This document shows positions 12,101 through 24,506 of a stretch of 64,000 bases of DNA, piece by piece. Location: assembly GCA_964247055.1 (NCBI GenBank), contig OZ176054.1:3224001-3288000 (forward strand), written 5' to 3'. Under the pieces are notes generated by a model. It made no database searches and had not been told where the DNA came from. It saw only the letters and a program-made list of their open reading frames with translations. The stretch's first letter is position 1, and every line of letters starts with the position of its first letter. Source of the DNA: Paragordius varius (Eukaryota > Animalia > Nematomorpha). The position numbers and the translations under genes were made by a program.

Positions 12101-14180
12101 AATATTAATACTGAAACGAATCCATTTTTTCCGCTAATTGAAAAGCTTGTACGTTTACCCGCCTGTTTTTATCCGCCATACATTATTGGTTTAACTGGAC
12201 CAATTTGTTCGGGGAAATCGCTTATAGCTAATAAGCTATTTCAATTATGTCACCGGGAACCGAAAATTGCGACACCACCTCAAAAAATGTCTTTTGACGT
12301 GCATGATGATCGAAAAATATCTCATTTATTTTATCAAAATCCTAAAGTTATTTAATTATTATTATTATAACCTTTTATAATATATCCAAAACGAAACTTT
12401 AAATTTGATGGAAAATATTTTTTATATATTTTTTTTGTATTAGAGGAATTTGCTATATTATATTACAATTATTTTAATATAGTAAGAATTGGAGATATTA
12501 AGATTAAAATTCTGAAAGCGTTTTTATGAAATAAATTACTTTTAATTTAAACTTCAAAGGAAAAATTATCACAAAATTAAATAATTTTGATCAAAAATCA
12601 AGTCATCTCTATAATATAAATTTTTACGTTTAATAACCGCGTCCTTCATGGTTGATCGGTTTAAGTACTGAGGGTAAAATATGTGAAATATTTTTTACTT
12701 AGAATTAAAAATATGTTTGATATCGCCAATGAGAATTTTTAACAATTTTACAAGTAATTTTTAAAAAAGCTTTTTCTATGTTACCATTATTGCACAGATT
12801 GTGTTAATTGACTGTGATAAAATTTGCCATGAATTGTATAATCAACCGAATGCCTGTATGGTAACTGAATTACAAAAAATATTTGGTAGAGATATTTTTA
12901 TTTCATCCCCCCGACCTGAAAATACAACTGGAAGCTCTGAAATGCAATCATCAGATAACAATGATAATCTTAAATCTATACAGATAAACCGTAGTAAATT
13001 GGCTCAAATTGTTTTTGCGGATAAGGTATTATATTTTAACTATTAACCATTTATTCTATCTAAATTTATTATATAATGTTAGGAAAAATTAGCAAAATTG
13101 AATGCAATTATGTGGCCAACCATATTTACACGCGTACAAGAGACTATTAAAAGTTGTCCTTTAAACGAAAATTGTCAAACATATATTGTGATCCTTGAAG
13201 CTGCTCTATTAATTCAAGCCGGATGGTCCAAATATGTCCATGAGCTTTGGGTTACTTTTGCACCCTTAGATATGGTATACCATTTATTTATACCCACAAT
13301 TCATCCATGTTTGATTTTTTTTAAATTTTTTAATTATTAAAATACTAATTTTTATACTAGTCATTTTTTCATCACTAAAACATTTCGAATTCACATGAAA
13401 AATGTTTTGGGCAAAATATATTCGCAATCGAGATAAAATATTTTTTTACTAGCATAGTTTACCATTCATTTATTAAGTTTTTCCACCCTAAAATGTTTAT
13501 TCAATATAAAATATTTTTTTCAATCAAAAAGGTTTAGTTATTTTTGAGTTTTATAACTCGCTGTGAAAGAAACATATTACAAATAAGTAATTAAATAAAG
13601 AACCTTTTTTAAAAGTATATTCTTTTCATGGGCGGAAAAAACACATGAAAATGGTAAAGTTGGCGAATATATATTTTTAATTTGCCAAGGAACACATATC
13701 ATATATTTTTCCGTTATAATTTAAAATATTTTAAGATTAATATTTAAAAACAAATTTTTTCAGATTTCTAATTTTTTTTGGCCAATAAAGGCATGTGATC
13801 GTTTAATGGCAAGAAATAATTTAGATCGAGAATCTGCCCAATGTCGAATTAATAGCCAACCACCCGTAAAAGAATACCTTGATGTCGCTGATGTGCGGAT
13901 AAGTACCCAATATAATATGAAAGAAATTGATCAAATGGTAAGATATGGATAATACTAAATAAAAAATCAGTAAACCTAGTTTATTTTTGTCCTTTTTAAT
14001 TTGATAAATGACATATTATTTTATAGTGTAATTAATTATATGCCTTTGTTTTTAAACTAATATTAATTAATTAAGTCATTGTATCACAAAATTTACATAT
14101 TATTTAAACAATTTTTATTGGTGTAATAGATTGAGAGGGCTTGGATATCCTTGATTAAACGCATTGGTTCATATGGTTGA
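9124..14180 (+). CDS. COASY: Bifunctional coenzyme A synthase (PPAT + dephospho-CoA kinase), about 592 aa, 10 exons
   Basis: Exons 9124-9299, 9322-9659, 9728-9815, 11197-11323, 11622-11777, 12071-12346, 12798-13025, 13083-13274, 13791-13937, 14130-14180; all GT-AG and phase-consistent. Motifs: LDVRIL, LGGTFDRLHNGHK (HxGH), DVYGP, IIGLTGPICSGKS (P-loop), IDCDKICH, LNAIMWP, EAALLIQAGW. Confidence 0.95.
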
Positions 14181-14812
14181 TAAATGTACCATACATACAT
14201 TTATTTAAATTGACAAGCATTTTTAACGGCAAGCAATAAATAATATGTAATTTAATATTTGATCAATAAATTTTGTTAAATTTTTAATTCTATCATTCGA
14301 TTTGATCAATAGGGTTCACTTATTGAAGAGTATAATTTAAGAATCTTTGAGAAAATAATTGATAATTTAAAAGATAGATTACTAAAATATGTGGATTTAA
14401 GTTAAATAGTACGGCAATAAATTAAAGTTTAATACAATTTTTAATGTATGACTAAAAATTATATAAAATTAATCGAATATGGGTTTTTTGGTTGCTGTTC
14501 ATTATTTCTCATTTCTATCTTTGTTTTTTTGGGAGTGGGGGGTAGGTAGGCACAAATATTTTTTCAATTTGGTATGGCGCGAACCACGAGCTCACAAGAA
14601 TACAGGCATGGGAGTATGAAATATAAAAGGTTGAGAACTAATGTTAACCTTAATTATTATATGAGCTGAACAAAAGGGACGTTTGAGCATAAAGAATTAT
14701 TTATGGCAAAATTTATCAATTAAAAAAGCCATGAACAATAACCTTTTAAATACATAAGCGCCAATGGTTGTAGCGTGGTTTTATTTTTGTGAAATTAGGT
14801 TTTTTATATATA

Positions 14813-15969
14813 TACCAAGTCTACTTATAAATCCTGACCTGTTTTTTGGTAGAAATCACGTAGTAAATGAAAATAAAATATCATTCTGTTCAAAACATTG
14901 TTCATCGGCTTCTACCATTTCGCCCTCAGGCACACATGAATAATAAATCTTTTGTGACAACTCATTCGTAAAGCCATTTTTCAACGTCTTTAAAATTTTT
15001 CGAATCCTCTGCGCGCGCCCCATTGCAAATACGTAATAAACTTAGCGTTAATTATGGAGAATACCGATGCGGAAGAATTTCCCATCGAAGCGGTTTGAAG
15101 GTGTTTTTCACTGGTTTTGTTGAGTGAAAGCCTTGTATGCAGAATCACTTTGCCATGTCTTCTGCCCTATTCCGGTCGTTTTTGATTTATCTATGGTTGA
15201 AATTATTCATTTGTTGGCAATAGTGTGTGTATTAACAATTTCGGTTTCTCTGGTTTCAAAAGTTCATAATGCACGATAACGCTCATGAACCACCAGGCCA
15301 GGATGGTTTTTTAGCGATAGGGCTTTGGTGTTGACGGACCAGCTTCGCAAGCCAAACTATGATTTTTTCCACTTTGGTTTATAAAGTGACTTATCATCAC
15401 TTGTAACAATTCGATGCAAAAGTAATTTTCTGTTATGTTGAAACAAGATTTCATTAGTCACTTTGCGAAATCCAATTGACGTTCATTCCGAATTGTGTGC
15501 AAACCATTTGAGTTCATTGATCTTTCGTAGACAACTACTGATTATTATTTTTTGTGATACATTTAATTCTTCTGCCAATTCCCATCGACTTTGAATTAAG
15601 TCATCATCCAATAACTCTTGACTCTATGTTCTTTGCAGTTGTGTGGTTTGTCAAAGCACCCACTTCCTTGCATTATAAAAACACAAAATGAGGCTATCTT
15701 TTAATCAATGAAGCATGTTAATAAAATGGTTATGCCAGCGGACGATGACTTACAACCCCCTTTTGCAATAGAATAAAAAAGCAATCCGTGCCGCAAATGT
15801 TCTTTTTCCGGCACAAAATTCAACATGATTACGGAAAAGACGCAGTCTATTGGCGGACTCAACTTGTGTGTGACTAGTAAATGATCAATTTGGAGTTTAT
15901 CGAATAAATCGTCTGCGTCTTTTTACTGACGTATTCTCTTAGTTACACCGGTTTTATGACACCTGGTGA
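14813..15969 (-). mobile_element. Degenerate mariner (Mos1/mauritiana-like) element, relic 1
   Basis: Minus strand reads MLNFVPEKEHLRHGLLF (ATG 15826), LLHRIVTSDDKSLY (catalytic D region) and a C-terminal remnant, with stops and frameshifts. Ends resemble TA-CCAGGTGT mariner TIRs. Confidence 0.8.
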
Positions 15970-16722
15970 TAGCCAGGTTAAGCGTTAGTGTATGGCATTA
16001 TATATTATAATAGATCTGTTTATAAATTTAAAGAATACTTTTAATTTATAAAATTTGAGTTTTGATTATGAGCATAGATTGCGATATTTTTGCTTTGTTC
16101 ATTTGTACTTTACTTTTGTTTTATACTATCTTTTATATAATAGAAATAAATAAGTCAGAACAAATTAAAATTGCTAAATAGTTTATTTGATCAAAGGTTC
16201 AATTCGGCGGCACTCTGCAATAATCAATGATTATATTCACATATTGAATACCAAGTTAATCAGCTACAACACCTAACATAAATATCTCCAGCGAAAATTG
16301 GTATTCATCCAAAATTATATTCATCAATAATATTCAGCTTGACCGCTTTAAAATTAAAATTGCATCGCAAACGCAAATCTATGTAACTTAACAAATCAAA
16401 CAATTCATCGATTTGGTTTTAATAGTTTTAAATATACGGATACCAATTAAATAAAATTAAACAAATTTTAAATATCACAATTTATATTTTATATTAATTT
16501 TTGCTTTAGTGTGATGGTTATTTCTAAGTATAGTATGTGAAATGCATTTGTAATTTCAAATAGGTCGTCTTATAATTTACGGTTTAGGGGGTGTACATTG
16601 TTGATATAAATAAAACATTACATAAGTATTATTTCATTCAAATTTTAAAAAAGTAATTTTGAGTGATTGATTGGTTTTTACATTTTTTATAAAATCATTC
16701 AATATTCTAAAAAAAGTAAAAA

Positions 16723-17235
16723 TTATTTATAATCCCCGCCAACTTTATCCAATGTATCGGCGATAAACGGCGATTCTTTCTTATAATATTTCCAACCATT
16801 ATCATTGGTACAATTTAAATCGAGTTGATTGAAGAAATCAATTTTTTCTTTGACTGTTTGCGCCGTGGTAAACGCAGGTGGAATTCTAACTCTTTGTCCT
16901 ATAATTACTTTTTTGTCGTCGGAAAGTGATGATTTTGGTTGATCATTCGTTTTGATAAATTTTGTAAAATTTTCCTGGGCTAGTTTGGTATGCAATTTTT
17001 TATATTCTTTTTTCTCCTCTTCTTCTTCCTTCAAAAGGAAAACTTTTATTCTGTCCTGAATCTTTTTATTACAATGCTCTAAATTTTGGTTTTGCAAATG
17101 CTAAAATATAGGGATCATGTTAATGAGACTAAGATATTTATGCTAGGATTTTACAGGGAAAAATTGAAATTATATAGACAAATCGTAAACATATAAAGAC
17201 GGCAACCATACCTTCTCAAACCTTAATTTTCCCAT
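16723..17235 (-). CDS. Orphan Lys/Glu-rich protein, about 133 aa, 2 exons
   Basis: Exon 1 17212-17235 (MGKLRFEK|GTATGG), 111-nt intron, exon 2 16723-17100 (TTTTAG|HLQNQN...GGDYK*), phase 0/0. 378 nt open in AT-rich DNA. No family recognised. Confidence 0.6.
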
Positions 17236-17598
17236 GTAAAATATTTAATTACAATCGCAAAATACATAATTACTTAACCAATAATCTTATTTCATATGTA
17301 TATATTACAATAATTTACGTTTAAAAAAACCAAGTATAAAAAAGCATAGCAGTCTTTTGAAAATTAATATTTCTCTTTATATTTTTACGTTTTGTCCGTA
17401 TAATTTCAATTTTATGTTCTGTAAATTGCAAGACATTTTACTTTATCGAATAGCAATTGTTTAGCTTTAACATTAGGCGGACTTTCGTTTTCATAGGCAA
17501 ATCTATTTCATGAACAAATAATATGATTAATTGCTTTATTCATATAACATATTATGATAAGGCCTAGATAAAAAAGGAGTCCACGATTGTGTTTAAAC

Positions 17599-17924
17599 CA
17601 GTCACAATGCCCCAACACAAATGTCGACGGGCCGTACTTTAACTCAAGGCCAACCGACGGGCCTTATTCAAAAAATATATAGACATTTTTTCTGGTTTCA
17701 CTCATAACGCTATGTAACGTATAACTACTCTTTATTCAAATAATTATTGCTTTTTCATCCCCTAAATTAAAAAGATTTATTCAGAAAATTCGTTATGACA
17801 TATACCATATTATTTAAATTTTTCATTATCATATTTGAATTAATGTTTGTATTTGGTAATCTATTGCTGACTTCAGAAATATTTCGAAAAGTCGTATGCG
17901 GTCCGCGTATTAGACACCCCTGGA
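17599..17924. mobile_element. hAT/Charlie-like MITE (CAGGGGTGTCCAACAC-type family)
   Basis: GTTTAAAC 8-bp TSD on both sides; terminal CCCAACAC..GGGCCG and GCGGTCCGCGTATTAGACACCCCTG motifs. Confidence 0.7.
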
Positions 17925-18040
17925 GTTTAAACTAACATATCCAATATTGCCGATAATTTGAATGTTTTTTTGCTCTTTATATCATAGTTGTATTAATGGA
18001 TTTAAAATAGTTAACCCTACTTTTTATAAATTTGCTGCAG

Positions 18041-18483
18041 ATACTTCCATTCGATCACACAATTCTGGGGTGAAAATAATGTCCAAATTCTGTAAGTAAA
18101 TTAATTATTATTTAATCTTTCCTTAAATATATTATTCCCAAGGAGATAAACCTTTTATATTGCAAATAAGGCAGACCCTACTTTCAAATGTAAAACTAAA
18201 TAGCCCTTAAAATTCACCCCCATCTCTACGTTTTTTAATAGCGACATTCGCAATTACAGGAAACGCCTATTTTTCTCACAAGGGTATGATTTTTAATCCA
18301 TAAGAAATAATAACGTGCCAAAGGCCTATAAAATGTATAGGCACTTTATATCCCAATACGTAGGCAATTTCATTTTTTTGTCAAATAATTTTCTGAAGTG
18401 TGCATGCTACGCAGACCTTATTACAATATAATGGGGAAAGATATCGCATTAACAATCATGTAAAAAATCTAACAGCTTTATAA
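18041..18483 (+). other. Candidate 3' exons of an unrecognised spliced gene
   Basis: CAG|18041-18091|GTAAGT, TAG|18242-18283|GTATGA and AAG|18399-18483(TAA) join in phase to give YFHSITQFWGENNVQILDIRNYRKRLFFSQGVHATQTLLQYNGERYRINNHVKNLTAL*. No start exon or homology identified. Confidence 0.3.
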
Positions 18484-18697
18484 TTGGCCATTTAGTATGG
18501 ACGATTGTTTAAAGCGCGATGGTATTTTAAAACAATTACTGGAACTAACTTCCATATTTTTTGAATTATCAGGTAAATAAAATTAAGATAATTTTATAAC
18601 AAAAATTATAGGTTTTGTAATTTAAAGTTTAATCTGTTGTTATGACAATGTTATGATTTAGGATAAAGTAGTGCAAGTTTTAGATAATCAGTATGGA

Positions 18698-19882
18698 TAA
18701 AGTGACCAGATAGGCTGTTTTTCGCAGTACAGTACTGGATTTTCAGAAAAACACTGCGACTGTACTGCGCCCACTTTTGTACTGCTTTATAAAATTAAAA
18801 AAAATTAATTTTTTATAAATATATACTAATTACCTTTTATATATTTAAAAAAGTTATTTTAGAATTTAATATAGTACCCTCTGTATAAATAACCCCATAA
18901 TTTGTAAAGAAATGTTTCATTTTGCTCTAAAAAACTAAGATTGGCCTATTTAATTGGTTACATATTTTCTCCTCGAATTATAAAATTGGATTTTGGATCG
19001 GTAAAACCACTTATGATGCAGCCCTCGGCCAAACTATAAACCTCGGACTTCATCTTACTATTCAAACTAATGGCTCTTTCACTCAGGGCTTCCACAAAAA
19101 AGAGGTGCCTCAAAATTTAAATTAACAAAATTAATTTATGATATTAATAAATGTTTGATCTAGTTTAGAAAAATCATGTTATAATTATCAAACGGATTTA
19201 ATATTTGTTATAAATGGCATATGATTTCGAAATAACCTTTTTTATTCGTATTAAAAAATTGAGAGCTTTCGTTTTCTACATTCATTAGGTGGGAGGTATG
19301 ATACTTAATTTTTTTCCTAAACTTTAATTTTTAGTTTTCTTATTTTTTTGTACAAACAAATTTGAGATATTTTGTTGAAGCATATTACTAACGATTTTGA
19401 AGCATGATGGAAACGGTAACGCTTTAAGATATTATAACACCCTTTATCTAAATAATTCGATGATGTTGAACATTCAGAATTTTAATTTGATGTGTTTGCT
19501 TAAAATTTTGCTGAATTTTTGTAAAAAACTCAATTTTTATTTAACAATCTGATAACGAACGAATATTTTAATCAAAATTCTGAGTGAGAAATTAGCATTT
19601 TATATAATCTCAACCGTTTATATCGTGTCCATCATGCTCAAAATAGTATGAAGTACGCTTCAAGAAAATTTTGCCAAAAATTATTTGAAAGTATGCGTTT
19701 TTATAAAAATATATTTAGTCGATATAAAAATTTAGCATATATTTAAAATTATTGCACAATGTCGGAATTTTTGCTTTGATTTTAAGAGAACAGTTTTTAA
19801 AAGAGCCAAAAAATTTGCAATTTTCAGAGCCCACATCTAAAAATTAAACCAAAAGCACCATGATAATCCTGATATTTCCTAT

Positions 19883-19921
<39 letters not shown>

Positions 19922-20026
19922 TTCATCTTGTTGAAACTGTATAATATACCACATTGATGTGTAAAAACAGGTAAAATATGTTTTAATTTTTTACTGCGTC
20001 AAAGTTCAAAATATCTGGTCACATTA
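18698..20026 (+). mobile_element. Non-autonomous hAT element (TA-(A/G)-GTGACCA termini), copy 1
   Basis: TIR TAAAGTGACCAGAT / ATCTGGTCACATTA; perfect 8-bp TSD AGTATGGA (18690-18697, 20027-20034); internal (TA)n; homologous to 35028-36727 in reverse. Confidence 0.9.
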
Positions 20027-20295
20027 AGTATGGACTGTGATTATTGGTTAATTTGTAATCAAATATAAAATCGTAAAAAACAAAAAAGAGTATACTTTTA
20101 AAAAAACCATACATTCATTTTTTATAATTAACCATCATTTTATGTTGCGAAATAAAAAAAATGTAAATTGCTTACATACGCCATTTTGCATATGACAATT
20201 GTAATTTTATAGGTTAAAAATAAAGGATAAAAAATATGATTTTTATACAAAAATAATTTTACGTTTTGTCTTATTAATTTTAATTTAGGCTATAT

Positions 20296-20537
20296 CAGTG
20301 TCTCCAACACAAATGGCTTCGCGGGCCTTATTTGGAATATATATGGGTATTAACAAATATTTTAAAAGGAGCTGTTTATTATTTTAATATTTTTTTGCTA
20401 GTTCATTGCCAAAATTGGAACAATTTATTAAAAAAATTTTCACTAAATATTTTTTTCTAGATTTCGTAATAATTTGTATTTGTAATATCTCGCGGGCCCC
20501 AAAAATATTTTGAACAGCCGCATGTTGAACACCTCTC
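20296..20537. mobile_element. hAT/Charlie-like MITE
   Basis: Perfect TSD GGCTATAT; ends CAGTGTCTCCAACAC..CGCGGGCC and GCCGCATGTTGAACACCTCT. Confidence 0.8.
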
Positions 20538-22030
20538 GGCTATATGGTATTATGCAATAAAAAAAGATAAAATCGTAAAACCATATTTACCTTTGATTTG
20601 TTAATTCGTTTTTTTGATTTGATATGGAAATTTGGAGGCATACATTGTCCACATTAAAACAAAATATGATTCTGATAAAATAGATATTTTGTTACAATGA
20701 TATTCAATAAAATATATATATGAATTTTACCCGTTATCGCCAGTCATATTATGGGTGTGTCAAAAATATGCGTCTATTTAAATAGAACAACTTTTTCTAT
20801 TTTATAATTTGAAATTAGCAAATTTAACAACTAAATTTTTTTTATTGCTGACTAATCTTAAAGACCTTCCAAACTAGGGCAAAACCAATGAAAAAACCGA
20901 CTCTTTAACATTTTTGCTGTATAGCCAGGAACCACATCCTAATCGGGTTTTATTTCACGTGAATCGTTAAATTAAAGGGACTAAACCAAATTCAAATTTA
21001 TACATCAAATTAGTTCCTTGAGTCGAAATAGACTCATCTTTTCACAAACTGTCAATTTTATTTGATTGTTACTATTTACGCTTTGATTTTGCTGAGTGTT
21101 TGTTTTAGATCATTGTTCCTATATAAAATCATTATGAAATATAAATAAACAGATAAATAGTGTAAATTTAGTAGGGTTTTTTCGATAGAGCCATGAAAAT
21201 ACAAGCTGGTTTATTTTTTTACAAATTGCATGCGTAATTTAAGTGATAAAACGGGTATTTTGTAATAGTATTTGGATTATAAATATTTGGAAACCGAACC
21301 ATTTTATCTCCTGGAAACATTTAATTTTCTCCGTTATCCATAAACTTTTTTACTTTAAACTCCTCAGTTTTTTAAAATATGGATATAACCAAAAAAAATG
21401 TTGAAATGATCCAAAATATTATTATTTAGCTTTTAAATTTAGGTTAAAATAGATTTTGTAGAATTCTATATCAACTGAAAATATTATTGTTCACTGAAAT
21501 TATCACATTTTAACAAATATTTGCGTTTTAACCGTAATCTATAAGCTTTAGCGAATTTCATTCTTACTAAATAAATTTCATATCCAATTTTTTTACTTAA
21601 CCTATGAAACATCTGGGTTATCAAGGCTATAATATTAAAAATTTTAAATTAAACAAAAAGCTAATATATCGTAAAAAATATAACTTATCAGGCGTAGTCT
21701 TATGTTACTGCTTTAACTAAGAGAGGATGTCAGCGAAAAACGCAGACTATTAATTTAATACAGATCCATTTTGTTCATCTGATATTAAAAAACAACATAC
21801 AAGTTGACACGCTAGCGTCTTATTTTTTCATTTAAAGCAGGGATTGCGAATTTCTTAACGACCCCAACAAATATCAAAGAAAAATAATAGTTTCTTCGAA
21901 ATAACACTCAGAAATTTCGTTGATAATATTTATCAGGATTATTTCGGTTTTGAGAGATTGACAAAAATAAATCTACATTTTTTATAATTTTCTATAACAT
22001 TTACTGATTCATGTAAATTTATACAAGATA

Positions 22031-23362
22031 CTAGCAGGCCCTGTCACGCTTCGGTGTGGCGTAGTCTCACCGATAAATATTCTTAATAATTTGCATTAAA
22101 TAGAGTTAATGGAGATTAAAAAGTAATAATAAAAATATTTAATTAAAAAATATCCTTCATTATTCTTTTACGGGTTTTGCATAGGCTGAAATATTGTTTA
22201 CTCGAAATTGACCATATTTAATCTGTCCCTTATTAAAGTTAATATTCAACTATCATTGGATTTATTTTAAAAATTTTGTTTTACGAAATCATGGCTAATA
22301 GTTCTAATTTGAATTTGTGTTCATACAGCTGGGATCAAGGGATATAAAAAGTAAATCATTTGTGGTCCCATTTTAAAGGGAGGAATGATATTATACAAAT
22401 TACCCAGAATTGTATTTAACCGATGTATGGCTACTTAAGTTTTTCGAAAACTAGCTCCAAAACTACGCCTATTTTGTATGGCGTCTCAGTTTTAAACAGG
22501 TAGACCCCACCCATTGCCTATGTGGAAAAAGCGCTGAGTTATATTCTTTGCCTTTATAGAGCAAATATTTGGAATCATCTATGATACCATCGTCTCATGG
22601 GTTATTCAAAAAAATACCTCACCACTAAATAATCGTTAAATGATAGCGTTTTGGGCAAAGTCCCTAAATTAACGGCTAATAAAAAACCCGACCTTAATTT
22701 TACCTAGTTACGGTTAATATTTCGAGCTTTTAATGAGCTCATATGGCTTCATAAATTTTCTGTAAATTAGCTCCAAAACAACGCAATTTCTATATAGTAG
22801 CGCAGTTTTAGCGGCTATCTGTTTACGCAGGAGCCAATATTAAAAAACGCACTAAAATTTTTACCTTTTAACAGAGAATAACTTAAATCCTCAGTGAATT
22901 TTAACGGCTCCTACCCTGGGCAAAAATTTAATTAGATTTTTTGAAAAAATGGCATTTTACGGGGGGAACGGGTAAAAAGGGAGCCTAAATTAAAATAAGT
23001 CGACTTCGGCGCAATCGAAAAAAAGCAAAAATAATCATATATCGAAAGGTCCAACACGTTTTCCGGAAAATTGTCTCAAAGACACGATTTTTCTGGACTT
23101 CTGTTTTCAAAAAAACCCGTTTTTTACACGGGGTGGGCCCGAACTGGGAGCCTCAAAAAAGGGCGAAGCTATTGTCGGGGCATTCGTTAATGATTATATT
23201 TTTGACATTTGGATTTGAATGGGTGTACCGGTTTTCCGGAAACAGATCACAAAACCAGCATTTTCCATTTTTATAAATATATGGATTATAATGATTGGAA
23301 TAGAAATGCTGATATAAACAGTCCTTCCGAACAAAAAAATTTTATTATATATTTATCTACGA
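22031..23362 (-). mobile_element. Non-autonomous Helitron-like element
   Basis: On the minus strand: A|TC 5' end at 23362, and a TTCG-loop hairpin (GTCACGCTTCGGTGTGGC on +) just before CTAG|T at 22031. No TSD. Shares its 5' module with 6821-7411. Confidence 0.6.
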
Positions 23363-23399
23363 TGATTGTTATTTTTTTGTAACAATAATTTTACAAGTT

Positions 23400-23497
23400 A
23401 AAAAACATTTTTTGTTAAATTGTATTTTCATCACTCGTGACCCCATAATTTTGCTACGCGACCCCAAATGGGGTCGCGACCCATAGTTGAAGCCCTG
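23400..23497. mobile_element. hAT MITE terminus abutting the mariner relic
   Basis: CGCGACCCCAAATGGGGTCGCGACCCATAGTTGAAGCCCTG is a typical GGGTCGCGACCC hAT MITE end. Left boundary uncertain. Confidence 0.5.
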
Positions 23498-23499
23498 AT

Positions 23500-24506
23500 T
23501 TAAAGTCAAATTTTTTGACGCAAAAAGAACCTTTGCGGCACGCATTGCCATTAGAAGAAAATGATGCGGCATGTTATCGTTTGCTGGCATAAGCATATGG
23601 TGAACAAGCTCCGATTAACACATGTGATACATGGTTTCAAAATAATAAAATTTGTGTATTCATGCAAGAGTATGGGCGCTCTGGTAAACCACGCAACTGC
23701 AAAGACGCTAAAGTGCAAGGAATGAGACCCAACTCGAACTTAACAATTGGCAGAACTATTACATGTATTACAAACATTAAAAAAATGTCTGTGAGCAAAG
23801 AAGACCAATAAACTCGGTAAGTGGTCCACATCATTGTAATGAACGTCAAATCAATCGCAAAGTGATTTGGGAAATTCTGCTTCAACGTCACGAAAAATCT
23901 TTTTCGTGTGTCTAAAAATTGATGAGAAATGGTTTAGTTTTGTAAATAAAAGCGATAAAATTGTGGCTTTTAGCTTGCTAAGCCACTCCATCCACAATAA
24001 GGCAAAATCGCTTTGTCAAGAAAACCGTGTTTTGTGTCATCATAAACTTTTAAATTCCGTTGTTACTAAACAACACTCTCGCTAACAATATCTAACAAAA
24101 ACATGCTTTAATTAAAAAATAACGAGTTAGAAAACATGGTAATTTGATTTTGCTACAATGCTTTGTCACACGGCAACTAGTGAAAGACACCTTAACGCTT
24201 CCATTGGAAATTCTTTCGCATCCTCTGAACTCAAATGACTTGAGGCCATTGACTAATACAATTTCGCATAATGGGTACACCCTAGAGAGCAGCACTTCTA
24301 TAATTTCGAAGACATTGGAAAATGGGTTGACGAATGGTTTGTCGCAAAGTCAAACACTTTTTCTGACACGGTATTCATATATTACCTGAGAGATGACCGA
24401 AATGTGGGAAGCGATGTACAATATTTTGGATGAAATAAATTGATATCTCAAAATTAAATGTGCTTTTACCATAAAAACCGGTATAAATTTAGGACTACAT
24501 CTGTTA
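23500..24506 (+). mobile_element. Degenerate mariner (Mos1-like) element, relic 2, 5'-truncated
   Basis: Frames give QKEPLRHAL, AYGEQAPINTCDTWFQ and C-terminal QHFYNFEDIGKWVDEWFVAK..GIHILPER-like remnants; right TIR AAAACCGGTATAAATTTAGGACTACATCTGTTA. Confidence 0.75.
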
